DNA from: Antedon mediterranea
Lineage: Eukaryota > Animalia > Echinodermata
Length of the DNA: 64,000 bases
Assembly (NCBI RefSeq): GCF_964355755.1
Contig: NC_092676.1
Location: 30,212,871-30,276,870, forward strand
Direction: 5' to 3'
In this document: positions 27,301 through 37,180 of the stretch, in pieces
How positions within the stretch are numbered: position 1 is the first letter of the stretch
Layout of the letters: each line of letters begins with the position of its first letter
Program-made: the position numbers and the translations under genes
Notes under the pieces: model-generated
What the model was told of the DNA's origin: nothing
Database searches by the model: none
The model's input: only the letters and a program-made list of their open reading frames with translations

Positions 27301-30300
27301 TAGAGACAGGTTGTAGATTCTGCCTCTTTTATTCATCACACATCTATTAACAAATTCATCTCTTTAACAACAACATTGTAATCTGAAAGATGTACACTAG
27401 CTGATATAACAGCTGCAAGTCTACTCTTTAATATCTAAGGACTGTGGTCCAATTTCTCTCAATGTTTTCAAGCTTTCTGCATATCTATTTTTTGATATCA
27501 ACATTTTATATCTATTTATAACTTGCTTTATATACTTACTTATTGCTGTTATAGCATTGACATGGAGTAACCTTTGATGTGTTATTCTATACAGTACATA
27601 CAATATTATACGCTTCTTGTTTTGTATATACCAATTTTCCTTATTTAATAGTCCTAATACTTGGTTCCCACTAGAGACGCAACACAAGGACGTAACGCAA
27701 CATAAGTGATTTGACCAATCACACGCGATTATTCAAAGGGTTGCTTGTCATTGGTCAACTTGCTTACATTGTGTCTGCATTGTGTCTGCGTTGTCTCCAG
27801 TGGGAACTAAGTTTAAAGAGTGATATCGACATGCATGGATTGAATACTTGTTATTTTATGATAAATTAGTTAAACGCAAGAAATATAGGTATTTCTAAAA
27901 TGAATGCCATGTTCTGCATGTGGACTTGAATGTGTATGGTTAATCTGTGGTGTCAACAAGGATAATATGCACTCTTTAATGCACCTACTGTATATCCATA
28001 TATAGACAATAAGTATTTTATAAGAATATATAAATGGTTATTTTGATACAAAACATTAAATGGTCCTATTACAATAGTTTTTTAAGTTGAATCTTTTATG
28101 TTGATATAAAGTTTTCCAGTACACCACATGTATTTTGTTTCCTTTCAATCACTATACTTGATAGTCCTTCAGAACTAAATATGTGTGGTGTACCGCAAAC
28201 TGTATATATTAACATATTGATTTCAGCATGCAAACCTTCAAACAATATAGAATATCTTATATATATCTTATAATTCAATATAGGAAAGGTTTGTTCAGTT
28301 TATATCAAATAGTATGTAGATCATAGTGTAGAAATGGCTAGGGACTAGAAGTACATACTGAATTTAATGACAACCTGCTTTAAATCTTCTTAGGCTGTAA
28401 ATTGTCTTACTTTACATTGTGTGGGTTTTATTATGGATTTTAACAGCTTATTCTAATGTCATTTTAGGTGCTTATTAATAACTAAAATGCTTTTTAATGT
28501 AACTTTCATGAAACATAACATTTCCAAGTCATTGACACCATCAAGAAATGCATGCATACAAAAAGTATCATAACTTATGTATAGTAATTCATACAATGAA
28601 TAAGTTCATCCCTTCATGGTGTTAATGACAATTTTTTGAATGCCATCAAAGAATTTGGGTAACCATTAATAACCTATATTGTGAGTGACTTGTATAATAT
28701 TTAAACAAGCTTATCCAAATTCTTTGATGGTCATTTCATATATTATAGTATTAGTACTGTATATGACCAGTATAGTCCCATGGTATAAAATTTGGCCAAA
28801 ATCAGGGTGTAGCATTACACCCGGATTGCATTAACAATCGAGTATATCAAATTATTGTATCTGAAGTTGCCTAAATTAGAAAGTGGGATTATACCCAAGC
28901 ATGAGATTATACTGTGTTATATACGATAGTATTTATACCCCTTTCACATTTGCAAAATGTAACAACTTGTAACCAGGTTTGCATAGTGTGAATACAATCT
29001 TGTGGAAAATCTCCCGAGAGAACTCGACACAAAAACAGACTGATGAGAGGCCTGTCTTGTTCCGAGATGTCCTGAGTTGTTGCTACATATGCGTGTATGA
29101 AAACAAGTAATAAGTCTAGAGATCAAACCTGGTTACAAGTTGTTACAAGTTGTAACAATTTATGCAGATGTGAAAAGGGTATTAGTAATAGTAAATATTT
29201 TTTTGTGAGGAATGTTTGATTTGTACTTTTTGTATACTTCTTTACTAATGCTTTTCTCTCATTTTCTTCTCTTCTTTTAGATCGAAGTGAGAGTTCGTTT
29301 ACTCAGTCTCGCAGTTCTAGCATGTCAAGTCTGGACAGAGAGTCTAAGGAGGGTGTACAGAGTCTGTATTTTGTGGAGTCCTATGCAAGAAAAACAGGCA
29401 AGTACAAAAACTATTAATAATCTATATTAAAATATTGCCATAATAACTAACATCATTATTAACATCACCTCTTACATGAAGTATTAGCGGTTTTTGAGTG
29501 TTTGTTACTACTTGAAAGTTGTCATAGTGTTTTAAAAAATTGTCGAAAAGAATAACAATGAAAATAGAATGGACCAATGTAGGTATGATAGATGCCACAC
29601 AGTGGCTTACTAAACATTAGGTGTCATCTTTGTATCTAGTATGGACCAATGTAGGTATGATAGATGCCACACAGTGGCTTACTAAACATTAGGTGTCATC
29701 TTTGTATCTAGTATGGACCAATGTAGGTATGATAGATGCCACACAGTGGCTTACTAAACATTAGGTGTCATCTTTGTATCAAGTATGGACCAATGTAGGT
29801 ATGATAGATGCCACACAGTGGCTTACTAAACATTAGGTGTCATCTTTGTATCAAGTATGGACCAATGTAGGTATGATAGATGCCACACAGTGGCTTACTA
29901 AACATTAGGTGTCATCTTTGTATCAAGTATGGACCAATGTAGGTATGATAGATGCCACACAGTGGCTTACTAAACATTAGGTGTCATCTTTGTATCAAGT
30001 ATGGACCAATGTAGGTATGATAGATGCCACACAGTGGCTTACTAAACATTAGGTGTCATCTTTGTATCAAGTATGGACCAATGTAGGTATGATAGATGCC
30101 ACACAGTGGCTTACTAAACATTAGGTGTCATCTTTGTATCAAGTATGGACCAATGTCGGTATGATAGATGCCACACAGTGGCTTACTAAACATTAGATCT
30201 CATCTTTTTATCGAGTATGGACCAATGTAGGTATGATAGATGCCACACAGTGGCTTACTAAACATTAGGTGTCATCTTTGTATCAAGTATGGACCAATGT

Positions 30301-33300
30301 AGGTATGATAGATGCCACACAGTGGCTTACTAAACATTAGGTGTCATCTTTGTATCAAGTATGGACCAATGTAGGTATGATAGATGCCACACAGTGGCTT
30401 ACTAAACATTAGGTGTCATCTTTGTATCAAGTATGGACCAATGTCGGTATGATAGATGCCACACAGTGGCTTACTAAACATTAGATCTCATCTTTTTATC
30501 GAGTATGGACCAATGTAGGTATGATAGATGCCACACAGTGGCTTACTAAACATTAGGTGTCATCTTTGTATCAAGTATGGACCAATGTAGGTATGATAGA
30601 TGCCACACAGTGGCTTACTAAACATTAGGTGTCATCTTTGTATCAAGTATGGACCAATGTAGGTATGATAGATGCCACACAGTGGCTTACTAAACATTAG
30701 GTGTCATCTTTGTATCAAGTATGGACCAATGTAGGTATGATAGATGCCACACAGTGGCTTACTAAACATTAGATCTCATCTTTTTATCGAGTATGGACCA
30801 ATGTAGGTATGATAGATGCCACACAGTGGCTTACTAAACATTAGATCTCATCTTTTTATCGAGTATGGACCAATGTAGGTATGATAGATGCCACACAGTG
30901 GCTTACTAAACATTAGATCTCATCTTTTTATCGAGTTAGTATGTTAGTATTTCACAAGCATTCCTTCCTGAATTGTGTGTACTGTGTAATTGTGTGTACT
31001 GTACTGTGTACTATATAGCAGCTTTAAGGTGTAAGAAAAGACACTAAAACTTCTGTCAAGATTAGGCATTTTAGAAATTAAGTAAGATAAGGTATCGCAA
31101 TTATGTTGTTAAGATATTAGAGGGATAGACAAAGAAAAAATTGACTACTAAAACCTGTATATTTGTAGGTAGTTGTATATTTCTTTTGTAGGTAGGTGTA
31201 TTATTATTTTATAGCAAAGCGACCTAAGGTGTGAAAATATAAAAATCAACTAAAAACTACAATATTGAAATTAGATGGTGTGAGATGTAAACTCACGCTG
31301 TGTATGTCAGGAATGTTAGACGTTTTTTTTTATATTTTGTTTTGTCCTACGTACCTTACCTATAAGAATTTTCACCCCTCCATTGCATAGACCCTGTAAC
31401 TGGACAGGTTATACCAGAAACGGAAAAAAGTAAGTAACAACCGTATCAAACGGTCTCACTAAAGGTTTCCACACTTTTGTATCTTTTCTGTCAATGAATA
31501 GTGTTGATGGTATATGGTTATATTTATCCTTACAAAGCCTAAAATCTGCATTTTATTAACTACTTTTTTCCTTACATATTCAGCACCACATTACAGTTTT
31601 ATCTCATATTGTATACTTAGTCTCTGAACATGCGTTGTTATAGATAATATTCTGTATACATCTTATTTTCAGTTTTTTTTCTTTGTGGCTGGACAATCTG
31701 TGCATGAATGCACTAATTTACTGCGTCTTGTGCATCTCGTGCAGGAGTTAAGCTTTCTTTTACAAATATTATTTTTTTTATATTTACTTCACTGAGCTCT
31801 TTAAATTATTCACACAATTCATTGTTTTCACTTTTTTTTATATACTTTTAGTTTACTTTTTATTTTTTATTATGTTTATGGATGTTTTCAAGATTATTTG
31901 TTTGAAATAAAATTATTTAAATTTAAATCAGAAGAATGAAGCTAACTAAACATTATAACAATATATTTTAATGGAAATATATTTTACTATTAATATTTTA
32001 ATGCTTCTTGTTTATTGTGCCAATTATTCTTATTCTATATTTTTCAATACAATATGTTACTTTAACAAAACACTTTGGATAGATATCAGTAAAATAAATA
32101 TTTTAAACGGTTTAAATGAATTGATATAAAACAATTTTCAAGTATTACTACGTTTTACGTGATAAGATGATTATAACAGTGTGTCTATTCAGCCAACTGT
32201 ATCTAATTTTTAACATTATTTTTTACAATGGTTATTTTTCCCGTAGAAAGTCGGTAATGTTACAATTTCAAACTTTATTTTATTAGATCCGATAACAAGT
32301 CCCTGTCTTTGGGTCGGTACTACTCTTGGATCTACTTTGGTTATTGTGCTAAGTCTACCGCCACCTGGTGATCAACGAATCTCACAGCCAGTCTTTGTTT
32401 CTCCAAGTGGTATGTATTCAGTATAACTTGTCATTCGGGACAACCACTGACCAGCCCTATTAAGGGAACACATCTCCAAAAAACCCGAACAAGTAGGGGA
32501 AAATATATGTTCTATTCACTACAGCCAAACCCTATTCATGGGACACCTGTATAAAGGGACACATTCCCAAAAATGAACAATTGGAAATATATGTTTTAAC
32601 ACTACTAAACCTTTTTATGAGTCTTGGACCTGTCCCTTTAATTAGTTTTCATTTGAATAACAAAAGTCATATTTTGCTGTTGCCCAGATAGAGTATACTG
32701 TACATAGTTAACATTTAAAAAATTTACAATAAGTATTATAATTTATTTTTCTAATTATTAACAGGAACTGTCCTTTGCATGAAGGGAACAATTCTTAACA
32801 TTGCATTCTTGAACAGTAATGGAGGACTTATATCTGCAAGTACCGAGGCATGGAAAGACATGAATTATGAACAAAAGGAGGGAGAAAGAGAAAAGAAAAG
32901 TTAGTACATATCACCAACCAATAAATGCATATTCATTCATTCATTCAATCTTTTATTTTAAAATCTCTGGTCCATAGAAAGTAAAAATTATATATTAATG
33001 AAATAAAAACAAACAAGACTAATTACTACTACTCATCTCAGGATGCCATTCCACCTGGAGAGCATCTTTGACTTAAATATTGCCTATAATCGTTGAGACT
33101 AAAACATATATGATGTTGATATTCAACACTGCCGTGACACATACAAACCATACATAAAATATGTGTTTATCATTATCTTTTTTGTTTATTGTACATAGAA
33201 CCCTCAATGCCGCCACGTGTTCCTAGAATCTCCCCGTCAGCTTCAACCGAGATGGCCGATAGGCAATTTGCTGTCATTACGTCTGAGAAAGAATCTAAGG

Positions 33301-36300
33301 TCAGTATTCATCACACAAAGCTAATTGTATAACAACAAACATCGATACGATACAATAGTATTTATTGTCATTTTTACAACTAGGTACAAATGCAATTTGG
33401 TAAAACATCTGGTTAATTTAAACAAGTACGTAAAGATTCAATTTAAATTTAGAAAATGTCACGTATTGCATGATTGGCATGATTAACAATGAATTGTAGA
33501 TAAGCACGTCCTAATGCATACCTTGCCATTTGAATAGAAATAACATAAATCTAATTTTAATCATCATATAAAAATCCAGTAAAATATCAAGTCAACTACA
33601 ACCCATGTTGGGTGACCGTTCACTCAATCTAAATGTCCCTAATATCTTTTCAATGAGAACATGGAATGCTAACGTAGTGTATAACTTTGCAGGTGATTTC
33701 ATTGCCCTCGCAGACCTGTGCTTACAGGGCCAAAATTGCTGAATCATCGTATGTGGTGAAAGCTGATGTTATAAGCATGCCTAGTAAGTTTAAAAATATC
33801 AGCCAATAATATGTTTTTTTTTCTGTTAATGACTAAAGCTCTGCCTATACACAATCAAACTTTATGTCACAAAAAAAAAGTGATGTGCTCATATATGGAC
33901 ATGATGATCACTATCATATTTGGGCACATCACATTTTTTTTGTCACACTAGTTTCATATTGTCTAGACTAGGCTTAATACAAAATATTCTACTACATTAC
34001 TACTACTAAAAGCTTTATTACCATAGTTCTCATTATTCTACAGCTAATATTTATCATGAATTGTACACATACTGTACTAGTGCTACTGTACTACTAAAAT
34101 TTAACTCAAACTACCGTCATCTGTATTTGCTGTCAATACCACTATCACCACTATCTTATTACTTCTTTGTTAATTATAATTGTCTTAAAATGTTGTGTTA
34201 AACACAATGTAAAAAATAAAATCACAGATAGGAATCAACCCATGACTACCAGATCACCAACTGGTGTCCACTTCTCTTTACCATCTATAATAATGCCACT
34301 ATAAAGCTCTGTCTACACTATCAAACTTTATGTGACAAATGTGCCCATATATAATATATTATAATAATAGATAGATTTATATAGCGCAAATAAATAATGT
34401 CTCTATGCCGCCGACAATAAAGAAAAAAAGGAAACAATTATGTCATATCACTACCATATTTGGGCATATCACTACCATATTTGGGCATATCACTACCATA
34501 TTTGAGCATATCACTACCATATTTGGGCACATCACACTTTTTTTTTTTTTTTTGAAAAATACTACAGGTATATAATTGTTTTCTATTTAGATAAAGAGCT
34601 GTGCCTAGCATGTTACATAGCAAATGGACATGTTGTTATCTACAGCTTACCAAGTCTACGACTATTACTGGATTATGACTTTGTACCACTCACAGACTTA
34701 AGGTATATTAGTTTGTTACCACTCACTCACAGACTTAAGGTATATTAGTTTGTTACCACTCACAGACTTAAGGTATATTAGTTTGTTACCACTCACTCAC
34801 AGACTTAAGGTATATTAGTTTGTTACCACTCACTCACAGACTTAAGGTATATTAGTTTGTTACCACTCACAGACTTAAGGTATATTAGTTTGTTACCACT
34901 CACGGACTTAAGGTATATTAGTTTGTTGTTACAGCTCACAGACTTAAGGTATATTAGTTTGTTACCACTCACAGACTTAAGGTATATTAGTTTGTTACCA
35001 CTCACTCACAGACTTAAGGTATATTAGTTTGTTACCACTCACTCACAGACTTAAGGTATATTAGTTTGTTACCACTCACTCACAGACTTAAGGTATATTA
35101 GTTTGTTACCACTCACTCACAGACTTAAGGTATATTAGTTTGTTACCACTCACTCACAGACTTAAGGTATATTAGTTTGTTACCACTCACAGACTTAAGG
35201 TATATTAGTTTGTTACCACTCACAGACTTCAGGTTCGTTACCAGTTTGTGGATTAATTAATTCCATGCACAGAATGGTGTCCTGGGTTTTTGTATTGTTA
35301 TCCATCTTAAATGCTTGTTTTTTTTGTGTTAATTATGTTTTCTGAAAGCTGATTTTTCATATTTTTTTCCAGAGTTGGTCGAACATTCCAGTTTAGTGCC
35401 CATGGCAAGGCCCTGTATCAGTGCAGTCCTACTGAAATCCAGCGGTTGACTGTATGTGCAGAACACAGGTTGGTCTGCTCTTATCATTCTTGTTCCTTCA
35501 AATATTTGTATATAAAATATAACAAAATTCTACACATTTTAGTAGTAGTTCTTTGATTTGATTTTCTATTTCATTTTTTAGCAACAGTCTACATGACATG
35601 CTCGGTGACCTGTTTATCCCATGTACGACACCCGAGGCTCCCTCTCGAGGTTTCTTCAAAAACCTCTTCAGCGTTAGTTCTGGTTCGCTAGACCGCCAAG
35701 AGCTCTGTGAGTATAGATGTATTTTAATACAAAAAATAGTTGAGAAATATTCAGTGTACAGTTATTTTATTTTATACTGGTTAGCCTCTTCAGTCAAAGA
35801 CTGGTCTCCCAGAGGGCCCAGTTGATGATCAGTGGCTGTGTTGTACTAATACACCGGAGTAACCCCCTACTTGTTTCAAAAGATGTACTAGATTCTTTAA
35901 AGTGCACATGAGCTAGATGTGTACACTGGACCTACAGTTTGTAGTACCTATCCAAGAAGACTTCGTATTCCACCACAACCATAAAGCAATGTTATGACTA
36001 CGTAATTATGGTTCCACTGTCTTAACCATTCGCCCACAGTTCATTGACAATTGGTGTACATCATGATTTGCTAACTTCATTGTACAAATACATGCATGTA
36101 TAATATTTTAAAAGGATCTAGGATATAGCAGAAGCTAATCAAAGCCTAGACCCCGCTGAGATTAACAATATGAATGGTACATTTGTGACGGATGGTGACC
36201 TTCCATTCAGACACTGCGTATTATTAAACCACATATTCTATATTGAATTTCATTGTTTTAACGCGCTTGAGTGGTATGTGCGCTATATAAATCCATGTTA

Positions 36301-36942
36301 TTATTACTTATTATTATTTGTATTATTAGTTGGAGAAAACAGTGGGAAGCCTTCAAGAAGCATTGCCAAACATGTACCTGGTACAGCTGGAATGGAGGCT
36401 GTTAAGGCTCAATCTCAAACTGTTGGTGGAGAAATAGCGCGTACAAAACTGGTACGTTACCTTTTGTTTTTTAAGGTACTATACAGTATATGAATTTGAC
36501 ATCTTCTTCTTTAGCACATTTTTGTAGGACATGGTGTTTCAGTTGACCAGGTTTTTCAAACGCTCTCTACATACAACTTTGTATTATTATTATTATTGAT
36601 TTATAATAAATTCTAATTATCCACAAGTTAAAAATTACAAAAACTTGAGTCTGTTTCAAAACATCTGGTTTCTTTATGTCTCAGTTTATGAATGAAGAAA
36701 ATAAATGTTAGTTTGATTGATTGATAAGGCAGAGGAATTTTCGGCAGTCAAAAATAAAGTTTACTTTTATTAAGTTGTAACATTATGTTTTTTTGTGTTT
36801 GTAGGAACTAATCAAACGAGGAGAAAAATTAAGCGAGACAGAGAAGAGAACATCAGAGATGATGCAAAATGCGGAAAGTTTCGCATCGGCTGCCAATGAA
36901 CTAATGAAGAAACAAAAAAACAAGAAATGGTATCAACTGTGA
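3336..36942 (+). CDS. STXBP5: Tomosyn (syntaxin-binding protein 5 / 5-like; WD40-LLGL domains plus C-terminal R-SNARE), 27 exons, ~1138 aa
   Basis: Phase-consistent exons: 3336-3458, 5207-5304, 15787-15868, 16315-16415, 17474-17608, 18841-18904, 19238-19445, 19794-19875, 20201-20358, 21485-21557, 21910-22063, 22174-22241, 22659-22699, 23096-23301, 23776-24146, 24417-24645, 25012-25075, 29281-29397, 32287-32409, 32765-32899, 33199-33299, 33693-33783, 34591-34702, 35373-35468, 35582-35706, 36330-36451, 36805-36942 (3417 nt). Motifs: ISESLHPNHFTVCKVVRHGFPFEPTAMAYDPVQNILAIGT, FENPYPMDLHESPVT, ITGHADGSLKFWD, SRSSSMSSLDRES, PCLWVGT. The C-terminal R-SNARE RGEKLSETEKRTSEMMQNAESF...KKWYQL* separates it from Lgl. 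Confidence 0.96.
5560..5825 (+). mobile_element. LINE 3' end remnant (CR1/L2/Crack-like) with (TTGA)n tail
   Basis: TACAAGCTTCGCTTTT stem motif, AATAAA at 5773, then a TGAT/TTGA microsatellite tail. Confidence 0.5.
7843..8340. repeat. 47-bp minisatellite, ~9 copies
   Basis: Unit TTTGTAAGAGAACAGAGTCCTACAGATATTGCCATAAACATACTGTG. Confidence 0.95.
8458..8995. repeat. Polypyrimidine C/T low-complexity tract
   Basis: CCTCCTCCAC/CCTCTACCCCTT degenerate repeats, which produce spurious Pro/Ser/Gly/Glu ORFs in several frames. Confidence 0.95.
9802..10175. repeat. 47-bp minisatellite, ~8 copies, with alternating variants (94-bp dimer)
   Basis: ACCACTTCCAATGTGATGGTATAAGGCATGGTTTAGTATAATAGTA(A/C); the A and C variants alternate strictly. 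Confidence 0.95.
15913..16010 (+). mobile_element. MITE family A, truncated copy
   Basis: AGCTCTGTC...TGTGATGTGCCCATATATGGACATGATGATGTCATAT. Confidence 0.75.
16075..16152 (+). mobile_element. LINE/SINE 3' tail with (AAAT)n
   Basis: GGCCCC..GGGAGACCAGTCTTT..GACTGA is shared in reverse complement with 35776-35820. Confidence 0.55.
17098..17238 (+). mobile_element. MITE family A copy
   Basis: Family A core with degraded terminal inverted repeats (TIRs). Confidence 0.75.
18545..18674. mobile_element. Small degraded MITE with CAGGG..GGATCC...GATC..CCACTG type ends (hAT-like)
   Basis: CAGGGATGGATCCAAGG...AAATCCTCAATCTGCCACTG imperfect inverted ends. Confidence 0.45.
18954..19114 (+). mobile_element. 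MITE family A, full-length, TAA target site duplication (TSD)
   Basis: TAA-AGCTCTGTCCACACTATCAAACT...AGTTCGATAGTGTAGACAAAGCT-TAA. Confidence 0.9.
19480..19610 (-). mobile_element. Dispersed LINE 3'-tail fragment, second copy at 61470-61600
   Basis: ATGAAAGGGACC...CAAGGGGCTTGTGATAGGAGGCC occurs at both positions. Confidence 0.6.
19940..20107 (+). mobile_element. MITE family A, TTA TSD, with internal insertion
   Basis: TTA-AGCTCTGTCTACACTATCAAACT...GATAGTGTAGACAGACCT-TTA. Confidence 0.85.
20425..21436. mobile_element. Non-autonomous Kolobok-like DNA transposon (~1.0 kb)
   Basis: Perfect 16-bp TIR AGGAAAGGAACACCCT / AGGGTGTTCCTTTCCT with TTAA on both sides. Purine-purine termini plus TTAA fit Kolobok rather than piggyBac. 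The interior is CpG-rich with no transposase. Confidence 0.85.
21504..21687 (+). repeat. 61-bp tandem triplication of the tomosyn exon 10 3' end and donor
   Basis: CATACTAGTGTTGTTGAACAATGACTTAGTAGTGATTGACCTCATGTCACCAGG|GTAAGTA x3. Confidence 0.95.
22366..22503 (+). mobile_element. MITE family A, full-length
   Basis: AGCTCTGTCTACA...TGTAGACAGAGCT TIRs. Confidence 0.9.
22762..23035 (-). mobile_element. MITE family A interrupted by a ~135-bp LINE-tail insertion
   Basis: Reverse-orientation core split at CCATAT / TATATGGCACATC; right TIR intact. Confidence 0.8.
24783..24943 (+). mobile_element. MITE family A, near full-length
   Basis: AGCTCTGTCTACACTATGAAACT...AGTTTGATAGTGTAGACAGAG. Confidence 0.9.
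26620..26740 (+). mobile_element. MITE family A, TAA TSD
   Basis: TAA-AGCTCTGTCTACACT...AGTGTAGACAGAGCT-TAA. Confidence 0.9.
27658..27813. mobile_element. Harbinger-type MITE family B, TAA TSD
   Basis: TAA-TACTTGGTTCCCACT...AGTGGGAACTAAGTT-TAA; extensively palindromic. Confidence 0.8.
28936..29181. mobile_element. Harbinger-type MITE family C, TTA TSD
   Basis: TTA-TACCCCTTTCACAT...ATGTGAAAAGGGTA-TTA; inner inverted AACAACTTGTAACCAGGTTT / AAACCTGGTTACAAGTTGTT. Confidence 0.85.
29569..30935. repeat. 72-bp minisatellite, ~19 copies, two interspersed variants
   Basis: ATGGACCAATGTAGGTATGATAGATGCCACACAGTGGCTTACTAAACATTAG(GTGTCATCTTTGTATCAAGT / ATCTCATCTTTTTATCGAGT). Confidence 0.97.
31391..31429 (+). 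CDS. Candidate 39-nt in-frame cassette microexon of tomosyn (DPVTGQVIPETEK)
   Basis: TGCATAG acceptor and A|GTAAGT donor. Phase 1-1 matches the host intron and there is no stop codon. Confidence 0.55.
33837..33974 (+). mobile_element. MITE family A, TAA TSD
   Basis: Family A core, degraded TIRs, TAA on both sides. Confidence 0.8.
34305..34552 (+). mobile_element. MITE family A with L2-like tail insertion and an expanded internal 21-bp repeat
   Basis: Left TIR intact, insertion after CCCATATAT, CATATCACTACCATATTTGGG x4. Confidence 0.8.
34685..35235 (+). repeat. 33/37-bp minisatellite built from the tomosyn exon 23 end and donor, ~16 copies
   Basis: ACCACT(CACT)CACAGACTTAAG|GTATATTAGTTTGTT. 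Confidence 0.97.
35776..36040 (-). mobile_element. SINE with a Deu/Nin-like core domain and LINE-derived tail
   Basis: Minus-strand GGTCCAGTGTACAC...CATGTGCACTTTAAAGAATC resembles the Deu/Nin core as I recall it. The tail is shared with 16075-16152. Confidence 0.6.
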
Positions 36943-36989
36943 ATAGAATCACCAGGGAAACAACAGTAAGATGGTTACATGGAGGATGC

Positions 36990-37180
36990 ATTGCCACTTA
37001 AGGACAGCATTCGCTTGCCAGTTGAGGGCAGTATTCAGTTGCCAGTAGCAGGCAGCATTCATTTGCCAGTTGAGGGCGGTTATTCATTTGCCAGTTGAGG
37101 GCAGTATTCATTTGCTGATTAAGGGCAGTATTAATTTGTCAATAGAGGGCAGAATTTATTGCTGGTTGAGGGCAGTACTC
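36990..37180. repeat. Degenerate 23-24-bp tandem repeat at the start of the tomosyn 3' UTR
   Basis: GAGGGCAGTATTCATTTGCCAGTT-like unit, ~8 copies. Confidence 0.85.

Noticed and set aside
28530-28731. Two adjacent imperfect hairpins as a structured ncRNA
   Set aside because: More simply explained as a decayed palindromic transposon remnant, and no family motif is recognisable.
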